A stretch of 64,000 nucleotides of DNA from an uncultured Terracidiphilus sp. Its GTDB lineage: Bacteria > Acidobacteriota > Terriglobia > Terriglobales > Acidobacteriaceae. The stretch is from the NCBI GenBank assembly GCA_964487345.1, contig CAZAQN010000012.1, forward strand, positions 26,822 to 90,821. Reading direction: 5' to 3'. Under the pieces are notes generated by a model. It was not told the origin of the DNA. It made no database searches and saw nothing but the letters and a program-made list of their open reading frames with translations. Positions 36,145 through 44,610 of the stretch are shown piece by piece (position 1 is the first letter of the stretch; each line of letters starts with the position of its first letter). The position numbers and the translations under genes were made by a program.

Positions 36145-36915
36145 GTGATCCAGACACTAATAGTTGACGATGAAGGGCTTGCAAGGCGTAAACTCCGCCG
36201 TCTGCTTCGGGATGAGTTGGAGATTCAAGTGGTCGGCGAGGCGGGCTCGGCTTCCGAAGCGCTTCAGCGCATCAAAGCGACATCGCCGCAACTCCTCTTT
36301 CTCGATGTGCGCTTGCCGGGCGTGGATGGCATCGAGTTGGTTGAGGCAATGTCCGCCGATCCTGAGATCAAAATGCCGCACATCATTTTTACGACGGCTT
36401 ACGATCATTACGCACTCCGTGCATTTGACCTGAGCGCCGTCGACTACCTGTTGAAGCCCTTTACGGCGGAACGCTTGCATTCCGCGGTGCAGCGCGTACC
36501 TGACCGCGCCGTAACCACGGCGAAGAGTGCAAGCCGCCCGCAACCGCGGACAAACGGCCGGGAACCCTATTCGGCACGGATTGTCTTCAAGTCGCGCGGA
36601 CGCATTCTTTTTCTCCCGGTGACCGACATTCGCTGGATCGGCGCGGAAGAGAACTATGTGCGCATCTGCACGGACAAAGAAACGCATCTGCTGCGCGAAA
36701 CGATGACCGGACTCGAACAGAAACTTGACCCGCAGATGTTTCTGCGCGTTCATCGTTCGGCCATCGTGAATCTGCAGTTCGTGAAAGAGGTGCGGACGGA
36801 ATCGCAGGGCGACTTCGTGGTGCATCTCGTCAACGGACACAAACTGTCCATGAGCCGAAGCTACCACTCGCGTTTGGGCAATCTACTGACGCGCGTCTCG
36901 GACCGCGTGGCCTGA
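36145..36915 (+). CDS. LytR/AlgR family response regulator (orphan paralog)
   Basis: Same architecture as 32591..33340 and visibly similar to it (e.g. FKSRGRILFLPV.DIR...AEENYVRIC...THLLRETM.GLE.KLDPQMFLRVHRS.IVNL.FVKEVR). Confidence 0.9.
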   Translation: MIQTLIVDDEGLARRKLRRLLRDELEIQVVGEAGSASEALQRIKATSPQLLFLDVRLPGVDGIELVEAMSADPEIKMPHIIFTTAYDHYALRAFDLSAVDYLLKPFTAERLHSAVQRVPDRAVTTAKSASRPQPRTNGREPYSARIVFKSRGRILFLPVTDIRWIGAEENYVRICTDKETHLLRETMTGLEQKLDPQMFLRVHRSAIVNLQFVKEVRTESQGDFVVHLVNGHKLSMSRSYHSRLGNLLTRVSDRVA

Positions 36916-36949
36916 TCCGGCCACGTAGTCAGTCCCGCGCATTGGCGCC

Positions 36950-37435
36950 CTATACTGATTTCTTCCGTTTGGTTCGGCTGAATTTTGTTTTGCGCAAGGC
37001 AGTCTTCTTGATTGACCGCTTGCGCCGTCGAATTTCTTCGCGCGAATACATAGTCCCACGGCATTTCTTCGCGCCGCAGTTGCAGACCGCCTCGCCTTCG
37101 TCGCCATCATAGAGGCAGTAATCGTAGGTAATCTCCTCCCCCGCCTCGATCTTCCGGATGGCCTTGACCCAGACCCGGCCCTTTTCTTCATGGGTCTCGC
37201 AATTCGGGTCGCAGCTATGGTTGATGAACATGGCCATGCAATGTCCGTCGATCACGATCGAGCCATCGCCGAGTCCAAAAAGGTAGGTGATGGGCTGTTC
37301 GTCATAGGCGGTGTCGGCTTGCGCTTTTGTCAGACGCGGGCCGGTGTATTCGGCAACCCGGGCGCCTTTGCGAATCGATGTGGTGGCGTAGCAGCCGGCG
37401 GCATGAATGGCGGAAGAGCGGATAATGAGTCCCAT
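36950..37435 (-). CDS. SET domain protein (putative protein-lysine methyltransferase) with basic C-terminal tail
   Basis: SET motifs NHSCDPN and EITYDY, a post-SET-like CNCGAKKC, and a K/R-rich tail (REEIRRRKRSIKKTALRKTKFSRTKRKKSV). Confidence 0.85.
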   Translation of the reverse strand: MGLIIRSSAIHAAGCYATTSIRKGARVAEYTGPRLTKAQADTAYDEQPITYLFGLGDGSIVIDGHCMAMFINHSCDPNCETHEEKGRVWVKAIRKIEAGEEITYDYCLYDGDEGEAVCNCGAKKCRGTMYSREEIRRRKRSIKKTALRKTKFSRTKRKKSV

Positions 37436-37491
37436 ACGAGATGAGTGCGACTTGAGCGCACTATGCTTCGCATCCTAACATTGAAGGGGCG

Positions 37492-38265
37492 ATGGAGCAG
37501 CGACTGCAAAATCCACAAAAAAGAACGAAACGGGTCATTCTCGCGGTGCAGGTATTCGCGTGGTGCTGCTGGGTCACGCCAATGCGTCTTGGCGCGCAGG
37601 CACCGTCGAATCCTGCGTCGTCGCCCAGCGGCGCGGCGCCGACAGCCAACAATCCGAAGCCGACGAGCTCGCAGGGAGTCAACCCTTTCCCTGAGGACAC
37701 AAACACTGTGCCGGTGTTGCCTTCGGCCAATTCACCGGGCACGCCCGTACCGGATGCGGCGGACTACGGTGCCACCGTTCCGTTGCCTGGAGCCGACAAC
37801 GATCCTGTGCGCAGCCCAGACGACCCCGCCGCTTCGACGGGGGAGTCGGGCTCGAGCTCCAGTTCGGAGGGCATGGACAATCTGCTCAAGCCGCCGCCCG
37901 ACGAAGAGCAGGGAAGTAAGCATCGCAAGCTGACCGTGCCGGAACAGACGCACCAGGAGGGGGCGAAGGAAGACGAGAGCGTGGGCAGCTATTATCTCGA
38001 CCAGAAGAACTGGAAGGCTGCGCTGTCGCGTTTTGAGTCCGCGCTGGTGCTTGATCCGGAAAACCCCGATGTTTATTGGGGATTAGGCGAGGCTGAACGG
38101 CATCTTGGAAATTACACCGCGGCGAAGGCGCACTACCTCAAGCTGCTCGACTACGACCCCGACAGCAAGCACGGCAAAGAAGCAAAGAGGATTCTCAAGG
38201 AGCCTGAGGTGGCTAATGCCAAGGCGGTCTCGGCGAATGCTCCGGCGGCACAAGCGCACCCCTGA
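37492..38265 (+). CDS. exported TPR-repeat protein with P/S-rich linker
   Basis: Signal peptide, a low-complexity Pro/Ser/Asp region, then two TPR units (...YYLDQKNWKAALSRFESALVLDPENPDVYWGLGEA...). Confidence 0.75.
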   Translation: MEQRLQNPQKRTKRVILAVQVFAWCCWVTPMRLGAQAPSNPASSPSGAAPTANNPKPTSSQGVNPFPEDTNTVPVLPSANSPGTPVPDAADYGATVPLPGADNDPVRSPDDPAASTGESGSSSSSEGMDNLLKPPPDEEQGSKHRKLTVPEQTHQEGAKEDESVGSYYLDQKNWKAALSRFESALVLDPENPDVYWGLGEAERHLGNYTAAKAHYLKLLDYDPDSKHGKEAKRILKEPEVANAKAVSANAPAAQAHP

Positions 38266-38268
38266 TTG

Positions 38269-39171
38269 TCAGGAAAGTCCGGACCAACGCAGGTATGCCG
38301 CGAGGATTGGCTGGCCCCAGAGCGCGCTGACGATTCCGCCGGTGCAGAGGAATGTACCGAGAGGAAGCTTGGTGAGTGCCCAGGAGCTTTCGGATCGGCG
38401 GAGCTTTGGTGTCGCCAGAAGGATGAGGCCGACTATCGCCCCGAGCACGACGCCGATTGCAAAGGCCAGTAGCGCTCCCGGAAGGCCGAGCCAAGCAGCG
38501 AGCATGGCCATTAGCTTGGCGTCGCCGAGGCCGATGCCTTCACGGCGGCGAATTAGCCAATAAATCCAGCGGATGAGGAGAACGAGGCCGCCGGAGATCA
38601 GAATTGAAAACGCAAGCCTGAGAAGTTGATTGAGCACGGACAGCGATAAATAGGTGGTCGCGACGAGTGGATATCCCCGAAGCACACTCACAACGACGCC
38701 CAGGATAATGCCGGGAAGCGTCACGATGTTCGGGAGCCAGAGATGCTCCGCGTCGAGCGCTGCCAGTCCGACGAGAAGCCATGTCAGCAGCATCTTTCCG
38801 CCAATGGTCACCGCCGTTTGAAGAAGGAAGAGGGGACTGTAAGAGATCGGAATATCGGCCGCGGGAGTACCAGAAAAGCGGTCAAGAAATTGCCAAACGA
38901 TCATCGCCCATAACCCGCCCACGGCCAATTCCACCAGTGGATAGCGCCAACCAATCCATGTCCCGCACGTGCGACAATTCCCGCGCAGCGCCAACCAGCT
39001 GAGCAGCGGCACATTCTCCCACCAGGCCAGCGTGCGCTTGCAAGTGCGGCAGTGCGAGCGCGGCTTGACCACGCTCTCGCCCGCCGGCCAGCGGCTGAGG
39101 CACACGTTGAGAAAGCTGCCGAAGGCCAGCCCAACCAGTCCAGCGAACACAGTGCCCAGGATGCCAATCAT
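38269..39171 (-). CDS. pilD: prepilin peptidase (A24 family)
   Basis: N-terminal GSFLNVCLSRW, the CxxC...CxxC pair, ALDAEH, and the catalytic-site motif GLGDAKL. Confidence 0.9.
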   Translation of the reverse strand: MIGILGTVFAGLVGLAFGSFLNVCLSRWPAGESVVKPRSHCRTCKRTLAWWENVPLLSWLALRGNCRTCGTWIGWRYPLVELAVGGLWAMIVWQFLDRFSGTPAADIPISYSPLFLLQTAVTIGGKMLLTWLLVGLAALDAEHLWLPNIVTLPGIILGVVVSVLRGYPLVATTYLSLSVLNQLLRLAFSILISGGLVLLIRWIYWLIRRREGIGLGDAKLMAMLAAWLGLPGALLAFAIGVVLGAIVGLILLATPKLRRSESSWALTKLPLGTFLCTGGIVSALWGQPILAAYLRWSGLS

Positions 39172-39303
39172 GTGCGGGTTTGAGTATACGAGGCTTCAGA
39201 CGCAGAGATGCCAGTCAACGCTTGGCGGGAAGAATGAGCCCGGAACGGCGAAGCGAATTCGGCGGAGGTTGAAGACAGGATCGGGCGCCCGGAAAGAGGA
39301 GGC

Positions 39304-40179
39304 TTAACTGGAAAAACGCATAATTGCGGAGATGATCTGCGGTCCCCACAGACAACTGACGATGCCGCCGGTGCAGACAAATGTGCCGAGAGGGAACTCC
39401 GGCATCTGCAAGCCTTCAGGATTCCGCCTCGTTGAGTGCACCGTCAGGTAGGCCAAAGTCATCGTGGTGCCGAGGAGCACACCGATTCCGAATGCCAGCA
39501 CCGCTCCGGGCAGCCCCAGCCAGGCCGCGAGCATCGCCATCAAGTTGGCTTCGCCGAGACCGAGAATGTGCTGTCGGCGGATGAGCCAATAGATCCACCG
39601 GATCAGCATGACCAGCCCGCCCGCTGCGACCACCGCGAATAGGCGTTTGCCGATTTCCTGGATCGGAGTGGATTCCGAGACAAAAGACCAGACCATCTGT
39701 TCCGAAGTGAGAAGGTAGAACACAACGCCGATGGCTACACCTGGCAAGGTCACAAGATCGGAGAGGTTGAAATGCCTGGCGTCCAAGGTCGCAATTCCCA
39801 CGAGGGTCCAACAAAAGACCATGATGCCGGCGGTGTATTCCAAATTCAGGTAGGGAAGTGTGAATCCAAATTGCGTGTTGATGAGCATGTCGGTCAGTCG
39901 CCAGGCGAGCAAACCCCAGATGGCGCCAACTGACAATTCCACCAAAGGGTAGCGCCAGCTTGTTCGTGAGTGGCAATGCTGACAGCGCCCGCGCAGCGCA
40001 AGCCAACTCACCAACGGTAGATTCTCCCACCATACCGATGTCGATTCACAATTACGGCAACGCGATCGTGGATTGACCATCGTCCGGCTCGTAAGCCAGC
40101 GGCTGAGACAGACGTTCATAAAGCTGCCGAAGGCAAGACCGGCTAGCACGGAAAAAACGGTTCCTAAAATTCGAATCAT
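39304..40179 (-). CDS. prepilin peptidase paralog with variant active-site motif
   Basis: Same architecture and clear similarity to 38269..39171, but the second catalytic motif reads GLGEANL (Glu codon GAA at 39550-39552). Confidence 0.85.
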   Translation of the reverse strand: MIRILGTVFSVLAGLAFGSFMNVCLSRWLTSRTMVNPRSRCRNCESTSVWWENLPLVSWLALRGRCQHCHSRTSWRYPLVELSVGAIWGLLAWRLTDMLINTQFGFTLPYLNLEYTAGIMVFCWTLVGIATLDARHFNLSDLVTLPGVAIGVVFYLLTSEQMVWSFVSESTPIQEIGKRLFAVVAAGGLVMLIRWIYWLIRRQHILGLGEANLMAMLAAWLGLPGAVLAFGIGVLLGTTMTLAYLTVHSTRRNPEGLQMPEFPLGTFVCTGGIVSCLWGPQIISAIMRFSS

Positions 40180-40349
40180 GGGGGGAGTCAGTTGCTCATC
40201 GATCCTGTAACTATTAGATGCGTAGATGCAACGCTGAGTTCAGCTTGTTTCATAAGGCGCATCAACCACGGCACTCTACAGGACTTGCGTCCATGAGCCA
40301 TTGCACCATGCGAACCTTCCGTTCAAGCAGCAGGTTTAGACTAGTCAAG

Positions 40350-41327
40350 ATGGACGTTGCAAGAGACGCAGACAGTCCACAGCCTTCCGACCCTCCTCCC
40401 GCCGTCGCAGGTTCAAGCGATCCGGCGCGGGCTGCGGCCCTTTTTGAGCAATCGGTGGCCATCATGTCGAAGCTGCGTGCACCCGGCGGCTGCCCCTGGG
40501 ATCGCGAACAAACCTTCGATACTATTCGCAAATACACCTTGGAAGAGACATATGAGGTTTTCGATGCCATTGAGCGGCGCGACTTTTCCCATCTTGCGGA
40601 AGAACTCGGGGACCTGCTGCTTCAGGTTCTCTTCTACGCAGAAATGGCTGCCAACGAGGGCCACTTCACCATCGCCGATGTGCTCGACCATCTGAACGGC
40701 AAGCTGATTCGCCGCCACCCTCACGTGTTTGGAGAAGAAGCTTCGCGGGCCGCAGGGAATCAAGCCAATGTCGATGTCTCCGCAGCGGAATCGGCTGTTG
40801 GCGTGTTGCGCAATTGGGACGAGATCAAAGCTGCAGAGGCATTGCATGCAGCGGATTCTCCTGTAGCTTCCCGACTCGATTCGGTGCAGCGTGCGATGCC
40901 CGCGCTGGCCGAGGCCGCAAAGCTGGGAGCAAAGGCTGCGAAAGCCAAATTTGACTGGCCGCAATGGCGCGATCTTCTTCCCAAGCTTGCCGAAGAAACA
41001 GCGGAACTGGAAGCCGAAGCCGCGCGGATCGAGCAAGACCCTGACGACCCATCGCATCGCGAAGCTGTCGAAGCCGAATTGGGCGATCTGCTGTTCACCG
41101 CCGTTAATCTTGGCCGGCATCTCGGCGTCGATGCTGAGATGGCTTTGCGCGGCTGCAATCTGCGCTTTCGCCAGCGCTTCCGCGAAATGGAACTAGCGTC
41201 GTCGCGTCCCCTCGAAGAGCTGAGTCCCAATGAGCTTGAAGCGCTATGGGATGAAGCCAAACGCAAACTTGCCGCGTTGCCGAAAGGGGTCTCGTTCCCT
41301 ACGAAGACGCCGGGTTTCGAGCCATGA
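40350..41327 (+). CDS. mazG: nucleoside triphosphate pyrophosphohydrolase MazG
   Basis: CPWDREQTFDTIRKYTLEETYEVFDAIE...ELGDLLLQV, and a second MazG repeat (...EAELGDLLFTAVNLGRHLG). Start taken at ATG 40350. Confidence 0.88.
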   Translation: MDVARDADSPQPSDPPPAVAGSSDPARAAALFEQSVAIMSKLRAPGGCPWDREQTFDTIRKYTLEETYEVFDAIERRDFSHLAEELGDLLLQVLFYAEMAANEGHFTIADVLDHLNGKLIRRHPHVFGEEASRAAGNQANVDVSAAESAVGVLRNWDEIKAAEALHAADSPVASRLDSVQRAMPALAEAAKLGAKAAKAKFDWPQWRDLLPKLAEETAELEAEAARIEQDPDDPSHREAVEAELGDLLFTAVNLGRHLGVDAEMALRGCNLRFRQRFREMELASSRPLEELSPNELEALWDEAKRKLAALPKGVSFPTKTPGFEP

Positions 41328-42118
41328 TCGTGATGCGCAACTGCTCCGGTTTCGACGAGCTTGAGGCCTGCGTCCAGCTCCAGATCGAGACCTGGGGTTA
41401 TGACGACAGCGATGTGATTCCGCGCAAGGCGTTCCTTGTGGGCCAGAAGATCGGCGGTCAGGTGATCGGCGCTTTTGACACCGATCTGCCCGGCGCCGCC
41501 CCGGACGGAAGCCCGGAATCGCTGGTTGGATTCGCCATGTCTTTGCCGGGTGTCAAGACGGAAAGTGGAAAACCGCGCGCTTATTTGCATTCGCACATGC
41601 TGGCTGTGCGCGATTCATACCGCAATCGTGGGATTGGCGCACAACTCAAGCTGCAGCAAAGACTTGAGGCGCTTTCCCGCAGCATCAACTTGATGGAATG
41701 GACCTTCGATCCTCTGGAGATCAAGAATGCCCATTTAAATATCCACAAGCTGGGAGCCGTGGTTCGTTGCTACCACGTGAATTTCTATGGTGTATCCTCT
41801 AGTCGGTTGCAAGGAGGCCTGCCCACAGACCGTTTGGTGGGAGAATGGCATCTCGATTCACCTCGAGTGGTTGCAACTCTTGAAGGTAGACCAAGGGCTC
41901 CATTCACAATTCAGGAACGTATCCAGGTTCCGGCATCCATCTACCAGTGGAAGGCATCCGAGCTACACCGGGAGCGCGCCATGGAAGTACAGCTGGAGAA
42001 TCGCCGCAAGTTTCAAGAAGCATTTGGCCGCGGATTGGCCGTGCTGGGATTCGTTCGCGACGCGGAAGGGAATGGAATCTTCGAACTGGGTTCCCCGACT
42101 CAGACGGAGATGGATTGA
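41324..42118 (+). CDS. GNAT-like acyltransferase
   Basis: Acyl-CoA binding-type motif YRNRGIGAQLK. Its ATG overlaps the mazG stop (ATGA). Confidence 0.55.
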   Translation: MIVMRNCSGFDELEACVQLQIETWGYDDSDVIPRKAFLVGQKIGGQVIGAFDTDLPGAAPDGSPESLVGFAMSLPGVKTESGKPRAYLHSHMLAVRDSYRNRGIGAQLKLQQRLEALSRSINLMEWTFDPLEIKNAHLNIHKLGAVVRCYHVNFYGVSSSRLQGGLPTDRLVGEWHLDSPRVVATLEGRPRAPFTIQERIQVPASIYQWKASELHRERAMEVQLENRRKFQEAFGRGLAVLGFVRDAEGNGIFELGSPTQTEMD

Positions 42119-42201
42119 AGAGGAATCATAAGAGCTCAGGCGTTGAACTTGAATGAAACAACTTCCAATTCATTGTTGATGTCCCAAGGAACTCACACAC
42201 T

Positions 42202-43326
42202 ATGAGAATCGATGGAATCATTCTTCGCGAGTTACATCTTCCCCTCGTGCGTCCTTTCGAAACCAGTTTCGGTGTCACATCCGATCGCAGAATTCTCTTG
42301 GCAGAAGTTCGCTCGGAGGGCCTGATTGGCTGGGGCGAATGCACGGCGGGAGAGCGTCCGTTTTTTTCCGGCGAAACCACGGATACCGCCTGGCAAATAT
42401 TGGTCAACGAACTCGGACCCATGCTGGCCGCGGAAACCCCAGAGCATGGCGGCGATTGCCCGCGCATTTTCAAGCGCGTTCGCGGCAATCCAATGGCCAA
42501 GGCTGCACTAGAGAATGCCATTTGGGACCTGGAAGCGCAGCGGGAAGGTCTTTCGATTTCAACATTGCTGGGCGGCGTCCGCGAATCGATTGCATGCGGT
42601 GTGTCTCTCGGCATTCAGTCGTCGATCCCCGAGTTGCTCGCAATCATCGAGAGAGAGTTGGAGGCGGGCTATCAACGCATCAAGCTCAAATGCAAACCCG
42701 GCTGGGATGTTGAGGTCTTCGAGCGGGTGCGCAACCGCTGGCCGGGAATCACCCTGAGCTGCGATGCCAACTCGGCCTACAAACTTCGCGACGCTGACCA
42801 TATCGCCAGCTTCGATGCCTTCGATCTGCTGATGGTTGAGCAACCGCTTTGGTACGACGATTTTTATTACCACTCCATGCTGCAAAAGCGTTTGAACACA
42901 CCAATATGCCTGGACGAGTCGATCCGCAACCGGCGCGACGCATTGGCGGCCATTGCCATGGAATCCTGCAGGATCATCAACATCAAGCTTGGCCGCGTGG
43001 GCGGATTTTCTGAAGCTATCGCGGTGCACAACGCGGCGCAGGAGCGCGGCATTCCTGTCTGGTGCGGCGGCATGCTGGAGTCGGGGATTGGCCGGTCGCA
43101 CAACATCGCGCTTTCCACGCTCGAAAACTTCACGCTTCCCGGCGATGTCTCCGCCTCGGCGCGCTACTGGAAAGAAGACATCATCGAGCCGGAAGTCACG
43201 GTTTCGGCGCGGGGAGAAATCGCCATTCCCGATACGCCGGGACGCGGCTACGAGGTCCGCTACGACCTCATCGAACGGCTGACGGTGCGGAAGGAAGCGG
43301 TGCGGGCATTCGAGCTGGTGAGCTAA
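42202..43326 (+). CDS. enolase-superfamily enzyme, o-succinylbenzoate synthase / N-acylamino acid racemase family
   Basis: KxK motif (IKLKCK), metal ligands in SCDAN / MVEQP / CLDES, and a second catalytic Lys in INIKLGR. Confidence 0.88.
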   Translation: MRIDGIILRELHLPLVRPFETSFGVTSDRRILLAEVRSEGLIGWGECTAGERPFFSGETTDTAWQILVNELGPMLAAETPEHGGDCPRIFKRVRGNPMAKAALENAIWDLEAQREGLSISTLLGGVRESIACGVSLGIQSSIPELLAIIERELEAGYQRIKLKCKPGWDVEVFERVRNRWPGITLSCDANSAYKLRDADHIASFDAFDLLMVEQPLWYDDFYYHSMLQKRLNTPICLDESIRNRRDALAAIAMESCRIINIKLGRVGGFSEAIAVHNAAQERGIPVWCGGMLESGIGRSHNIALSTLENFTLPGDVSASARYWKEDIIEPEVTVSARGEIAIPDTPGRGYEVRYDLIERLTVRKEAVRAFELVS

Positions 43327-43490
43327 GCGATTCCCTTCAAGATTTCATCATAGATTTGTTTGAGGGGGGAACCGCGCTTCGGCTTTCACCGTACTGTCAC
43401 TTCGGCGGAGCAACTTTGCGGGCGTGATCGCGTCTCATTGTGAGAAGCGGCATTGGCCTCGGAGATTGCCGGCCGCCGGAGGTTATTGCA

Positions 43491-44363
43491 TTGACACCCC
43501 AGGAAGAACAGCTCCTTAACTCGCTCGTTGAGCGGGTGAACCAGACACAGTTGCAGGAAAAAGACCCGGACGCAGAGGCGCTGTTGAACCGTGCGCTCGG
43601 GCCGAACCCGGATGCGCTTTACATCCTGGCACAGACCGTCCTCGTTCAGAACATCGCCCTCGAACAGGCTAAGGCGCAGATGGCCCAATTACAGCAGCAG
43701 GCGCAGCAGACACGGCAACCAGCGCACGCCACAAGCTTTCTCGGCTCCTTGCTCGGTCATCGCGATCCAGACCCTCCGCCGGCACAACCGGCCTATCAGC
43801 CGGTCAACCCTCAGTACGTGCAGCCTGCATCGCAACCTCAATATGCGCAGCCGCAGTATCAGCAGCCGCAATACATCGCATCGGGGCCGCCCAGTTTTCT
43901 ACGTGGCGCCATGCAGACGGCTGCCGGAGTTGCTGCAGGTGCACTGGCCTTCGAAGGCGTTGAGTCGGTGCTCCATGGGCTCGGGGGGAATCCGGGCTGG
44001 GGTGGAGGCGGCTTTGGTATGGGACCCGGTATTGGTGGCGGATTCGGCCGGCCAGTCGAGGAGACCGTCATCAATAACTACTATGACGACCCGAACGCGC
44101 AGGGCGGAGAACATCGCGGTTTCGATCAGGGTGGCGAGCGCCATTTCCACGAGTCGGCCGACCAATCTGGCGCGCAACTCACCGATGCCAGCTACAACAC
44201 ACAAGGCGACGACCGCAACGAGATCGACGCCAACAATGCGGACACTTCAGGAGCTGGCGATTCGGCGAACTTCGACAACGTGGGCCTCGATGACTCAAAC
44301 GTAGACGACGGGTCGGGGTTCGACGACACAAGCAACTTCGACAGCGGTGGCGATGTGCTCTAG
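43491..44363 (+). CDS. DUF2076-like protein with Q/P-rich and G/D/N-rich low-complexity C-terminus
   Basis: (M)TPQEEQLLNSLVERVNQTQLQEKDPDAEALL... matches my recollection of DUF2076 N-termini. TTG 43491 lies 8 nt after GGAGG. Confidence 0.65.
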   Translation: MTPQEEQLLNSLVERVNQTQLQEKDPDAEALLNRALGPNPDALYILAQTVLVQNIALEQAKAQMAQLQQQAQQTRQPAHATSFLGSLLGHRDPDPPPAQPAYQPVNPQYVQPASQPQYAQPQYQQPQYIASGPPSFLRGAMQTAAGVAAGALAFEGVESVLHGLGGNPGWGGGGFGMGPGIGGGFGRPVEETVINNYYDDPNAQGGEHRGFDQGGERHFHESADQSGAQLTDASYNTQGDDRNEIDANNADTSGAGDSANFDNVGLDDSNVDDGSGFDDTSNFDSGGDVL

Positions 44364-44410
44364 GCTTTCGTGTTGGTGCAAACATCCTGTGTAAACTCAG
44401 TGAGCATATA

Positions 44411-44438
44411 GCCCTCCCGGGACTCGGCGGGAGGGCTG
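44411..44438. terminator. perfect 10-bp stem-loop (possible terminator)
   Basis: agccctcccg-ggactcgg-cgggagggct, about 50 nt after the DUF2076 stop. No T-tract on either strand. Confidence 0.4.
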
Positions 44439-44610
44439 TATCGTGTCATCTGCGTCGCGCGATTTGTCACAAAACATACGGGCGACACTGGACAATCAGT
44501 AATGAATACTTGAAGATTCTCCTGCCGCCGCTTTGTCGCACCAAAGACGATCAAACTCAATCGATTCGAGAGTGTCGGTGTTGTCATAGTTTCTTCAGGA
44601 GGGCCATCCG

